Assembly (NCBI GenBank): GCA_027923505.1
Contig: BROI01000005.1
Span: 62,001-126,000 of the forward strand
From: Mayamaea pseudoterrestris
Taxonomy: Eukaryota
Reading direction: 5' to 3'
Length of the DNA: 64,000 nt
Part shown: positions 11,278 to 21,775 of the stretch, piece by piece
Numbering within the stretch: position 1 is the first letter of the stretch
Layout of the letters: the number at the start of each line of letters is the position of its first letter
Program-made: the position numbers and the translations under genes
The notes under the pieces: model-generated
What the model was told of the DNA's origin: nothing
Databases searched by the model: none
What the model saw: the letters and a program-made list of their open reading frames with translations, nothing else

Positions 11278-13223
11278 ATGAGTGATCAATATAACTTCAG
11301 TCACTTGAAGCCGGCTCACCGAGTCATCAATGTTGATTCTGAGTCTGATGATGACGATTTCGACCCTTTTGACAGCCATAGTGACCATGACACACCATCA
11401 ACTACCATTCGACCAGCTTCCTTGGCAAAAATTGACAGTGAAGACACAACTCTTGGCTTGATTCGTTTACCTGCAAATTTACCTGCAAATACACTTCAAC
11501 ATGAGGAAATTCTGGATCAATCAGATCAGGATTATCGCACGGGCACCATTGCTGAGTTAGTTGCGAGTAACAAGGATATTCCAGAACTATTGAAACTCAA
11601 AACAACAGACGAGTTGCAAGCACACCTTGGACAAATCTTTCATGGATTTTGTTCCATGAGGGATTTGTGTAACAAAAAGCGGTCATCATCTGCCTTTGAT
11701 GGTCTTGATACGAAATGGCAGGAAATACTGAAACAAAACAAGAGTTACTACACTGGCATTGTCGATCTCTTCATGACTTACATCTATGTTGCGCATGTGC
11801 TTGGAATCGAACTGTTTACTATACCCAAAGGATCCAAGGAGTTGCCAGTTTTGATTCGTAAAATTTTCGGTAAGAACTATTTTGCTGTTGTAATTGAGGC
11901 AGGCGTCGCTAGATTTCACACAAGCTTCAGTTCTTTTCGATGACAGCAATGACAGGTTCCAGCTTCAAGATCAAACATACAATGGCAAATGCAAAATCAT
12001 GCACCGTTGGGTGACGCAGCTAATTAAGAACGAGGAGATTCAATTGCCCTACATGTCTGCACTTGTTCCGGGGGCTTTTCAGATAAGCAACAATGCTCTA
12101 TGCAAAAAAACTTCACCAAATTCCTACGATAATGTAATGGGATTTCTTTTGACAATTGTTAACGCCATGTTGCTGTCCAAGGATGTAATTGGCTATAGAG
12201 GCAACCAGATATGCATGGCCTTGCCACGTTTAATTACATGTCAACGCTCCATGGGGCATGCAATACTTGGCTGTTTCTTTGATAAGGTAATTATTTGAGC
12301 TGAATACCTTTTGCCTTATCCTGTCTTCTAATCCCTTTATACAATTTTAGAGTCTTTTTGATGCACCATACTTTCAATCATTACTTGTTCGTGGTTCAGC
12401 TTTTGCTAAATTGATCTCGACAACCAATGGATGCATTCTACCTGCCTTGTGTTTGAACTTTGTTTTATACTGGCTTGCAGCTTCTTTTGATTCCACTCGG
12501 GACACTTTTGTTAAAAATCGTAACCTGGGGACAGGATTACTCCAGGTGCAGTCTCTGAATTCGGCTGGCAAAGAAAAATTTGGATTTGCATTCGAACGAA
12601 ACTACAAAACTGTTGTCTTGGAGGTATTCAACAAACTGTTTGGTGCTTCATTGTCTGAGGACCCATTGGAATATCGACGCAAGGAAATTCAAGTGAACTT
12701 TGGGACAGATCTTTTGGTCTTCTGTCTATTGCAGAAAAAGTTACCTTCCTTTGAAATCCATTTTGCAAAGTATACAAGGAATGGAAACGCCCGGACGCCT
12801 CCGTCTTCGAAACATAAGAAGCTCAAGAAGGAATTAACTCATACTCCACCAGCAAACATTTGTCTGCAAGGGAAAATGTCGCCAAACGAATACGAACACC
12901 CTCATAGGAAGACGTTGGAGGTTTTGGTACAGTCAACCTTACAATCGCTGGAAGCATTGGTCCATATATTGGAAGAGGATGCTGATTTGTACTGCTCCTT
13001 GAAGCAAAATTTGAATCAGGCCATTTTAGATTGTTTTTCGCAAGATAAAACTTCCGATGCAAAGATCGGGAATGTTCAAAAAGTGCTTGATGACATGGAG
13101 GACCAAATGGCCACCTTTCGTCCCATTCCTGGTGATACAACCTTTCGTGTATTCAAAGAAACAGTAATCAACTGTGTTACTTCATGCTGTGACCAAGCAA
13201 CTGCTACGTTCAAAGCACTCTAA
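11278..13223 (+). CDS. Island gene A: hypothetical protein, 3 exons (introns 11870..11930 and 12287..12350), ~606 aa
   Basis: Three ORF-track pieces join in frame through canonical GT-AG introns (KIF-VLFDDS; FFDK-SLFDAP). Confidence 0.7.
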
Positions 13224-13672
13224 CTTTTTATATAGAAGCCTAAATTTATACAGGAGCCTAAATTGAAACACCATCTTTTAACCGTGTGCTGTGCAATGCA
13301 CTGCCTTTTCACCTGTTATTTTCATTGAACTAAACAGTTCAAATAGAGATTCCAATGTTTTGGAAGGAAAAGAAAGGGCTTTTCAATCCATATGTGGACC
13401 GTGATTGAACAATCGCTGTAATGATAATTACTTTCATTGCGTGATTAAACGCATAAAGATACTGGTTGAAATAGACTTCCGGGTTATTATTGTAATATTC
13501 GAATGGTTTAATTCTTATGCGAGTGACAAAACATCCGGGTTAATAATATTTCTTGTGCGTTGGATGCAATCGCTTATGTTTATGTATCATTATATGTCAT
13601 CGCTGGAAACAAGTTTGCAATATAAAAACATCGCCAATTTGATCCAAGTGAACCGTTTGTCAGCATGTATTT

Positions 13673-14385
13673 TTGGAGGAACAGGATGTTCCTGTCCTTT
13701 TGAATTCCAAAAAAGAGTTAGCTTTTGCCACTCACGTGAAACTAATTGAGTCTGGTCTTACTCTCATGAAGAATGACATGAAGAAGCTACGTGACGCCGG
13801 ACATGAAGCCATTCGAAAGAAGGAATCGCTAATCTTCATGAATGATCAACAAGACTACTTTTCGGCTGTGGTGGATTTACTGAGGACCTACATCTTCCTA
13901 GGCAATCGCTTTGCTGACCAACTCTTCCAACTTACCAGGGGGAGTGAAGAAATGGTCACATTGTTTCGCAAGTTGTTTGGTAAGTGAAACATCTTGTATC
14001 CCAAGCATAACAATATATTCAGATTATCTAATAAGCGACAACAATCCTAGTTTTATTTGACAGCCCAGTCACTGGTTCCTTTACAATAGAGGCCACTAAT
14101 CAAATGAATTTCCTAGTGTATCAGCCTTTCAATGCATATAAGTGTCAAGGTTTTTCATTTTTTTACGACAGCATGATGCCGCTACTTCAATGGCTATGCA
14201 ATCAAGTCCGGAGGAGGCTGCCAGTTCCTTTGAGTGTGATGCAGGGTGATATTGTGGTGGACTGGCAGTCAAGCGATGAGCATGAGCGACCCAACATTCA
14301 CAATCATTCCATGATTTACACCGAAAATATGGCAGGAAATGGTAGGAAGGACTTGTTTGTTGATACTTTCCCATTGGCACAATAA
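13673..14385 (+). pseudogene. Island gene B: partial paralog of the gene A N-terminal region (intron 13980..14050); start not evident
   Basis: YFSAVVDLLRTYIFLG..LFQLTRGSEEMVTLFRKLF-VLFDS aligns with gene A YYTGIVDLFMTYIYVA..LFTIPKGSKELPVLIRKIF-VLFDD, with the intron at the same position and phase. Confidence 0.55.
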
Positions 14386-14815
14386 AAATATGATCTTTTA
14401 ACTACTATAATTAATTGACCTGTGTATTGAACTGGTCATCTGCCTTTAGAATGGTTTGGCAAAAAATGTCAATCGCCAATTCACACTCTGTTCTCGCTAA
14501 ACAACAACACTTTTCAGTTGACGCGTCTGAAGCCATAGTTACACCCCTGTTACTCGCTGGTCCACCTTGATTACATGAGTGAGAGGAGGCCGCCAGCTTC
14601 TTTGACTTTTGCAGTGTGATATTGTGGTGGACTGGCAGTGAAGGGGGTAGCATGAGCAACCTTCGTTAATATGTACTGAAAAGATGGCAGGAAATGGTAG
14701 GCAAGAGTTGTCTGTTGATACTGTATCCTTATCACTAGAAATATGGTTTCTCTATTATGTTTAGATAAGCTAACACTTGTCAAGTGCGTTCATAATGGTT
14801 TGGCGGCAAAATGTG
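14210..14815. repeat. Diverged ~370-bp-period tandem duplication
   Basis: GGAGG..GCCAG..GTGATATTGTGGTGGACTGGCAGT..ATGGCAGGAAATGGTAGG..AATGGTTTGGC occurs at ~14210-14470 and again at ~14582-14815. Confidence 0.75.
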
Positions 14816-15210
14816 AAGGATTTCTTCATATGCAATGCAGCCATGTGTTGTTCCATACCTGCAAATTCCATTTGATACAATCTCTTCAACAAGCGTGTAT
14901 CACCGTGAATCGGTTCCACCTCTATCTTGTGCGAGTCGGAGTAAGTTCTGTACGTGCTTGACAGATACACCAGTTGTGTTTTGAACTTGCTGTAAATAGG
15001 AACGTCTACAAGGCCGTTTCCGACTGTTTCCAGAGCCTGGAGACATGATCGAACAATCAATTCCATTGGCATTATTTTTGTTGCCCATTTTTGTGTATCG
15101 TGGTGCCTACGTTTTGTTGTTGTTCCTTTGCTTTTGCTTGCGCTCGACCTTTTCTTGGTGTTTGCTTTCTGCTTGGAATTGTGTTTCATATCTTCTGGAT
15201 TAAAGTTCAT
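14770..15210 (-). CDS. Island gene C: small basic protein paralogous to the gene A C-terminus
   Basis: MELIVRSCLQALE..IYSKFKTQL..MEQHMA..FTFCRQTIMNALDKC vs gene A LEVLVQSTLQSLE..LYCSLKQNL..MEDQMA..FRVFKETVINCVTSC. Lys/Arg-rich N-terminus resembles an NLS. Confidence 0.6.
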   Translation of the reverse strand: MNFNPEDMKHNSKQKANTKKRSSASKSKGTTTKRRHHDTQKWATKIMPMELIVRSCLQALETVGNGLVDVPIYSKFKTQLVYLSSTYRTYSDSHKIEVEPIHGDTRLLKRLYQMEFAGMEQHMAALHMKKSFTFCRQTIMNALDKC

Positions 15211-15480
15211 TCTAAAATTTCTTCCTATCTTCCTATCTTGCTTATATATTGTCTGATCTTACAGAGAATATATCTTTTTCCTCCTTGTAAGGTGCTCAAC
15301 CTTTCGCTTGGCTTCTGTCGTGACCTCTCGTTCCGAGTCGAAAAATGTCAATCGTCAGTGGGCATCTTTTCTCACATGCATCATGAAAGCACATGTCACA
15401 TTGGTGTTTTTTGTGAAAACACTAACTTTTGACGATGTAACTCAACGGCTTCTTCTTTAACTTTAAGTCTCGTATTCAAT

Positions 15481-15585
15481 TTGATGCGTTGTGAAACAGT
15501 GCGGTTTGATGCGTTGTGAAACACTGTAAGATGTGACATAACTTGTGCCCATTCAGTTTCACATAACTTGTGCTCATTCAGTTTC
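15481..15585. repeat. Two adjacent 25-bp-period direct repeats in a divergent intergenic region
   Basis: TTGATGCGTTGTGAAACA at 15481 and 15506; ACATAACTTGTGCYCATTCAGTTTC at 15536 and 15561. Confidence 0.85.
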
Positions 15586-15683
15586 AATATTATTGTCAAG
15601 TAAGCTGTTTCAAGTGTATATTTTCAACACAGGAACGAAAATACATCGTATTCTTACATTTTGAGCGGGAGATATTGTTTATT

Positions 15684-16370
15684 ATGTATGTCATTGTATG
15701 TTCTCGACCGTTCCCCACAGATTGCAAACCTTTCCCTACTTGGAAGTCGTTGTATCTGTATCACTGTGCATTCGCACGAGTACATCAATTAGATCTGATT
15801 CAGCATCTTAGGGCAAGTGGCTCCATTGAAATTAAACAGTTTTTACAAAAGTACGGACAAAGTTATACAGTACATGAATTGGATGATATTGTTTTTGGTG
15901 CAAAATCTCCTTGGGACGCCAAGCTTCGTTTTGCAATAATCAAACAATATCGATACATGTACGTACATGTGATGATGGGGTTTGAGACGAGACCAAGGAA
16001 ATACGGAAGATACAAGCTAGTTCGAAGATATATTGAGCCAACAATAAGCACCTACCAACCTCGTATTGTTTTGGATTGCACCAATTTAAAGAAAGCAACC
16101 ATGGCAAAAGATGCTACTGGTGCATGGGCATCAAATTGGAATTTAGGTTGGATGCAACTAAATGTGCCTGGGAGTGTACAAGAAACAGGACATAACTATT
16201 ACTACACTCCTGAGATTGGTTTCAGGTTGGTGTCTTTGGCGGAAGTCACTCAGTTTCGATTAAACTTGAGTCTTGTACAGGGCAATGGTTGGGAAGCGGA
16301 AGATCTTGCCATGTTCATGCTTCTCGAGCAACATCACAAGTTCGCTTCTGATCCTGTTAAAGACACATGA
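15684..16370 (+). CDS. Island MBD-like protein 1 (degenerate methyl-CpG-binding-like domain at the C-terminus)
   Basis: GWMQLNVPGSVQETGHNYYYTPEIGFRLVSLAEVTQF follows the MBD pattern GW..YY.(S/T)P.G....S..EV..F. First ATG at 15684. Confidence 0.6.
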   Translation: MYVIVCSRPFPTDCKPFPTWKSLYLYHCAFARVHQLDLIQHLRASGSIEIKQFLQKYGQSYTVHELDDIVFGAKSPWDAKLRFAIIKQYRYMYVHVMMGFETRPRKYGRYKLVRRYIEPTISTYQPRIVLDCTNLKKATMAKDATGAWASNWNLGWMQLNVPGSVQETGHNYYYTPEIGFRLVSLAEVTQFRLNLSLVQGNGWEAEDLAMFMLLEQHHKFASDPVKDT

Positions 16371-16385
16371 CTTGTCCAGTTTCGA

Positions 16386-17042
16386 CTATTTTTTTCCATA
16401 TGTATATAGTATTAGCTTCATGGCATATTCTTCTGAGTCAAGTTGAGAATAGCAACCTTCTTGGTCGTCTTGGTCAGGTTGTGACTTTTCCAAGAATTGA
16501 ATTGTGTACCACATGAATAGTGACACTTTTTTCAAGGAGTCCAACTCAAAAGCATACAGCGGGGTGTAGTAATACCACTTTTTTCTGGTAGAGGATTGTT
16601 CAACAATGCAAGACCACCCAATATTTTTTGGAAGCATCACTTTATTCCATTGTATCCTCCTTTCTGAATATGGGCTCATTGGTATACCTTGTCTATCACA
16701 CATGGTGCGGTGGTTTATGTGCATAGAAATGCTGTATGTGTGTTCGCATTCACACAAAATATTTTGCGTGGTTCCTCTTATGTTATTTGGGAGATGGATA
16801 TTGAAACCCATCATGTGCAGATCCATAAAGCGCATGGCTGATATCCTTTGTTCTGATGTTAAACTTTTCATGAGAGCAGTCATATTACTTTGAATTTCAA
16901 TTTTGGATAGTTTGTCTGATGGGTCTGGTTCCACAATTAAATCGACATAATCTGTTTGCGACAATAAAATATAGTTCCTTATAATGTCAATCTGTTTCAC
17001 GGCAAGCAGAAGTACATATTTTGTTGTCAGTACAACAGACAT
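16386..17042 (-). CDS. Island MBD-like protein 2 (degenerate MBD-like domain at the C-terminus)
   Basis: LPKNIGWSCIVEQSSTRKKWYYYTPLYAFELDSLKKVSLF, plus a terminal EEYAM helix shared with the two neighbours. Confidence 0.55.
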   Translation of the reverse strand: MSVVLTTKYVLLLAVKQIDIIRNYILLSQTDYVDLIVEPDPSDKLSKIEIQSNMTALMKSLTSEQRISAMRFMDLHMMGFNIHLPNNIRGTTQNILCECEHTYSISMHINHRTMCDRQGIPMSPYSERRIQWNKVMLPKNIGWSCIVEQSSTRKKWYYYTPLYAFELDSLKKVSLFMWYTIQFLEKSQPDQDDQEGCYSQLDSEEYAMKLILYTYGKK

Positions 17043-17359
17043 ACCAAGCTATTTCGTTTAGATTGTTTCTTTGTTGATATTTGACCAATATTGTGTTGTG
17101 CGTCTTGCAACTGACTGCTAAGGTGCAACACTCGCTCATTCATCGCCAAAAAAGTCAACTGTAATGAAACGTAGACATTAAAGGATATATATCCGGGTGA
17201 CTCGCAGATTTTCTAAGTAGTCATGATTGGTGCGCCATGGTGTGTCATTTGGAACAAAATGTTTGTTTGGTGGAATCGACGACCGTTGAAGCTTGACACC
17301 AAACAACAACATCAAGGTTCATAAATTTGCTACGAGACAATAATTCCAACAATTGCATT

Positions 17360-18016
17360 ATGAAGGTGGTTATTGAAACCAAATTCAATCCCAAAGGAGA
17401 ACGTTTTTCTGCTCATGTTTATAATTATATGTTCTGCTCCGCTTACTCAATTGTTTTTGGTGTAAATAGATACGAAACTATTGGAAAATTCGGAATACAT
17501 GATCTAGTTCTTAAAATAATGGGCATTCCACTTCCACTTGGATGTGAGCGTCTAACAAGAGTTGTGCTGGGGCCTGAACAGAAATATTACAAAGATTATC
17601 TTTTGCAGTTTAAGGAAGTAACATCATTCGTTCGTATGGGATTTTGGATGATATTGAATGGAAGCAATATCACTTTTGTTCGAACATACTCAGATTTGCA
17701 TATGGGACTGAACAAGAGACCAAAAAAAACATTACAACAACTTTCAACTTATCATATTGAACCCCCATTTTCATTGTCAAGAGATCTATGTCGGTTATGG
17801 GGACACAATTGGATTCAAATGTCAGTTCCTAGAATGAAAGATCCTGGCGGAAAACATGACAAGTACTATTTTTCACCTCGTTGCGGATTCAAATTTCGGT
17901 CTGTTCCGGAAGTAAACAGATTTCTTTCAGCATTGGAAAGGGTGAACGAACCAGACCCTAGTATTGCAGAAGAAATTGCCCTCAGTTATGTGAAGTTATT
18001 CAAACACGCCGCTTAG
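17360..18016 (+). CDS. Island MBD-like protein 3 (methyl-CpG-binding domain with canonical residues)
   Basis: NWIQMSVPRMKDPGGKHDKYYFSPRCGFKFRSVPEVNRFL aligns to MeCP2-type [40 protein letters not shown]. First ATG at 17360. Confidence 0.75.
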   Translation: MKVVIETKFNPKGERFSAHVYNYMFCSAYSIVFGVNRYETIGKFGIHDLVLKIMGIPLPLGCERLTRVVLGPEQKYYKDYLLQFKEVTSFVRMGFWMILNGSNITFVRTYSDLHMGLNKRPKKTLQQLSTYHIEPPFSLSRDLCRLWGHNWIQMSVPRMKDPGGKHDKYYFSPRCGFKFRSVPEVNRFLSALERVNEPDPSIAEEIALSYVKLFKHAA

Positions 18017-18194
18017 TTGCTTATCCATATAAGGTTAAGACACATCTTTACTAGGAAATGTGTTTTGTATCTCGACAAAGTAGCATTCTTGAAGCGTAAT
18101 TTAGTAATCGAAATAAAAGTAACACAAACTTTGCTTCATCCAAAGCTCCTAAAGTAGGTGCTCCGGGGAATACAATCCTTTTGTTTGTAGTCCT

Positions 18195-18775
18195 ATTTTA
18201 TCAACAGTTGAAACGCATGTTATAATTAAAAGGTCCGTTGGAAAATATGGTGATGCCTTCTAACTATTCCATGTTGGCGATAAATACCAGTTTAACAAGT
18301 GAAACCTATTTATTGGTATGAGGTTTATCAACTGACACCTAACAAGTCATTCTTTATCAACAGTTGAAACGCATGTAATACTTTTTCAATTAGGAATCCT
18401 GGATCTACAAACCGTTGAAATAACTATTCATTTATTTTGCTTAATAATTTGCGACTATATATTGATATGCACGTTGAAAAATGGTGACGCCTTCTAACTA
18501 TCTTGTTTTGGCGATAAATGCCGGTTTATCAACTGAATTCATTCTGTATCAACAGTTGAAACGCATGTTCCTTCTTTCTTGACAGTTGAAACGCAAAACA
18601 TAATTTAGAAAACCCGGATCTTGAAGCCGTTGAAATATCTATTTAGGCGCTTTGCGAAGTGAATTACAATTAAACATTGTTATATTGAACCGTTGAAACG
18701 TTTTGGTGATGTCTTTTTCTGTCAGTTTTGCAAAATCATTTATTCCAACGCTTCATTTGGCAGTTGAAATGTGTT
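18195..18775. repeat. Degenerate tandem repeat array with palindromic core TCAACAGTTGA
   Basis: TATCAACAGTTGAAACGCATGT is exact at 18199, 18355 and 18547, partial at 18581. A ~60-bp ATGGTGA.GCCTTCTAACTAT..TTGGCGATAAAT block occurs at ~18246 and ~18481, with many further GTTGAAA copies. Confidence 0.85.
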
Positions 18776-18844
18776 CCCCTTGACGGTAACATTTGTTGAT
18801 TAACAAAATGCTCATAAAATAGCAGGATCATTGATTTCAAAATC

Positions 18845-19656
18845 ATGGGGAAGGCTGCAACTTCGAAAGGAAAGGAGGATCCAAAGGGTCCCTCCAACAT
18901 TGTGGCAAAGCATGCCTTGTCACCACCTAGAAGCAGTAAGCAAGGGAGAGGAATTGAGACAAGACTTATCTCGCATCCAATTCATGCTGAACTTTCCCTG
19001 CAGCTTGTTACTTACGAGGACAACTTGGAGCGTCGAGATGCCTACAATTTCCCACTGAAAGATGGAATCAAGAATCCTCACACTTTGACCGAAAGAGCCA
19101 AAAATGCTGCCATTACTTACGTGAACAGGAGAATTCCAGGAACAGATGAAAACATGATGCAGTTGAATTCAACGTCTGGTGAAGCTTACCCCAGAGCTGT
19201 TTTTATTCGTAAGTTTCCAGCTCCTCCAACTCCTTTGGAACGTAAAGAAACCATGGATATCATGGAAGAAATCATGCGAGCTAGTGAGACGGGAAAGTTC
19301 CCTCCGCCCAATATTCGAAAAGTCGATTACACACCTAGAGATCGTGTCCGCCCTTTGGATGACTGTAAGTTTGTTGCAATGCTATTTACAAGTTTGATAC
19401 AATCTATTATGGTCCCCTGTATCACAGTTCGGGTCAAATGTTGCTGTTGTAACACAATTTACTAACCATATTTCATTTTTATTAAGTTCTCCATGATGCT
19501 ACCATTGAAACTTTGATTAAATCATTGTACGACTTTGAACATCTTAATGAAGAGTTTGCTGAAAGCTATGGCGATTTATTGGACAGCATTTTTGGTCATC
19601 CCACCAGCCATCGGTTTGCCAGAGACTTAGGAAGAGCCAGTAACGAGAGTGAATAG
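18845..19656 (+). CDS. Island gene D: hypothetical protein, 2 exons (intron 19365..19486), ~229 aa
   Basis: A GTAAGT..TAAG intron joins RPLDD-FLHDATIETLIKSLYDF..SE* in frame. Confidence 0.65.
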
Positions 19657-20090
19657 CTAGGAGAATAAAACCTGCCTCACTTAATGATCTAGTAGTACCT
19701 GTTATAAATCCAACTGCATCAGTTACAATTTCAAACCATTATACCATTTGTTGATATTGAACAAGGCTTTACAGAGGCTTGTACTTTAGAGCGTACGGTA
19801 CTGATATGCATATTTCATAGATACACTGTGCGAAAGAGTACAATATTTCCTACGTTTTCATCGTACAGTAAACCTATAAACCGAGCCCCCTGAACTGAAT
19901 AAGGTTTTCATAACCGCATCGAAAAGTTGCTTCCGTGGTGTGAGCCATCCGTTTGGCAAAGAAAAAACCATCGCGCCTCGTTCGATCTCACTCGAACCTA
20001 TCCTCCTTGCATATAGGATCCCTTCTTAACGCACTCTCATCAACTACTACCTCTTCATTATCATATTCATAAGTAACACTTTAACTAACA

Positions 20091-20873
20091 ATGCCGCAAC
20101 ACGAGCACATGGAGCGTCACGCCAAGCTGCACGGCCGTCGGTTCGACGCGGAGGAGCGCGAGCGCAAGCAGGAGGCCCGCCTCGTGCACAAGCGCTCCGC
20201 CTTTACGCAAAAGGTGCACGGCATTCGCGCCAAGCTCTTTCACGCGCGTCGCTATCAGGAGAAAGCGACGCTGCGCAAAACGATCAACATGCACAATCAG
20301 CGGGACAATAAGCATGCGAACGATGATGCCATTGCGGAAGGAGCAGTGCCAGCGTACTTGCTGGATCGACAGGGAGTGTCGCGGGCCAAGGTACTGAGTA
20401 ACACCATTAAGCAAAAGCGAAAGGAAAAGGCTGGCAAGTGGGAAGTTCCCATTCCAAAGGTCAAGCCAGTGGCGGACGATGAAATGTTCAAAGTGCTACG
20501 CACCGGAAAGAAGCAAGCCAAGTCGTGGAAGCGCATGGTGACCAAGTGCACCTTTGTCGGCGATACGTTTACGCGCAAGAATCCAAAGTACGAGCGATTC
20601 ATTCGGCCGACGGGTTTGCGCATGAAGAAGGCCAATGTGACGCATCCGGAACTTAAGACAACCTTTCAACTGGATATACTTTCGGTCAAGAAGAATCCAT
20701 CGTCGCAGCTATACTCGAGTTTGGGAGTCTTGACCAAGGGAACTGTGATTGAAGTCAATGTATCTGAGCTTGGGTTAGTGACAACGTCTGGAAAGGTGGT
20801 TTGGGGCAAAATGGCTCAAGTAACGAACAATCCGGAGCTTGACGGCTGCGTGAATGCGGTTCTATTAGTGTAA
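20091..20873 (+). CDS. NSA2: Ribosome biogenesis protein NSA2
   Basis: 260 aa with [47 protein letters not shown] and [10 protein letters not shown]. Confidence 0.96.
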   Translation: MPQHEHMERHAKLHGRRFDAEERERKQEARLVHKRSAFTQKVHGIRAKLFHARRYQEKATLRKTINMHNQRDNKHANDDAIAEGAVPAYLLDRQGVSRAKVLSNTIKQKRKEKAGKWEVPIPKVKPVADDEMFKVLRTGKKQAKSWKRMVTKCTFVGDTFTRKNPKYERFIRPTGLRMKKANVTHPELKTTFQLDILSVKKNPSSQLYSSLGVLTKGTVIEVNVSELGLVTTSGKVVWGKMAQVTNNPELDGCVNAVLLV

Positions 20874-20954
20874 CGAAATAAGTTCAACATGCATATTTAC
20901 CATCCTTTTCAACTATATCAGTAAGTAACATAGCTTCTACATTCGTAAGTTGTT

Positions 20955-21760
20955 TTACAGTTCACTTGCCGTTTGCAAATCGCTCCATCGCTGGCCTCCG
21001 TAATCTACCAGTAGCTCTCGCATTTGCATGTAGTTTTGCGTCGTCGGATTCGGTTTGTCGGGCAAATTGGATGGGAGAATCATGGCCATGATATCCATGA
21101 CTGTCACGGTATGGAGGCCTCCCATCATGCCTGTGTACAGTATATGGAAGAGGAGGAATGCGTGAGAATGTAATACTCTCAGTCAAGCAGCATTGTTGAC
21201 TGCATCAACACACTCATGATGCATTCATTCCTTCATTTATACTCTTGTCACTCACTATCAAAGTCCACATTCACGTCCGCACCCGCCTCCAGCAACAGCC
21301 GCGCCGCCTGCAAATGACCATTCTTGACGCACATGCTCAGTGGCGTCTCTCGCATGGTGCGATCGCCCACGGTGCGCTCGTCAATGGTGGTTAATGACGA
21401 TGTTGATGATGACGCATTCAGTTTCAATTGCGCGAGTAGCCACTCGATCACGTCCACTTGTCCGGAAATGCTGGCCAAGTGTAGACACGTTTCGCCCGTG
21501 GCAGTTCGTCGCGTATGAATCCAGTCGGAATGGTCCTGCAGAATGGATTGTAGTGTTTGCAGTGGTCCGTTTTGGCAGGCGCGAAAGAATTGCATGACTT
21601 GGTTGGCTTGTAATTCTTTATCGGTTATATCATCTTTATCATTATTGGCTACAGATACATATGATGTCGAGCCGTAGCATAGTAAAAGTAGTATAGCAGT
21701 TATGCTACGTAATTGGCTGCGTCGTCGATGATTCGCCATGGTGATGTTGTGATGGATCAA
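20955..21760 (-). CDS. Secretory-pathway ankyrin-repeat protein, 2 exons (intron 21131..21255), C-terminus ..ASEL
   Basis: Hydrophobic signal ITAILLLLCYG and ankyrin motifs GETCLHLASISGQVDVIEWLL and TPLSMCVKNGHLQAARLLLEAGADVN. Exon 2 reads SMMGGLHTVTVMDI..LLVDYGG..TASEL*. Confidence 0.75.
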
Positions 21761-21775
21761 GTGGCAATCAGAAGT

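Larger units (their letters stand above)
10550..19900. mobile_element. AT-rich inserted island (putative non-autonomous or decayed large transposon/endogenous element); boundaries approximate
   Basis: Abrupt drop in GC relative to the flanks, orphan paralogous genes and internal repeats, lying between the head-to-head conserved genes COQ3 and NSA2. No transposase, TIR or TSD could be demonstrated. Confidence 0.55.

Noticed and set aside
18195..18600. Repeated 22-mer as a CRISPR array
   Set aside because: Spacing is 156-192 bp and irregular, the spacers are themselves repeats, there are no cas genes, and the context is eukaryotic.
19790..19890. Loose inverted similarity to ~10700-10770 and a TA-CAGTAAACC pogo-like start as the island's right TIR
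   Set aside because: Only scattered short matches in AT-rich DNA, with no matching partner end or TSD.
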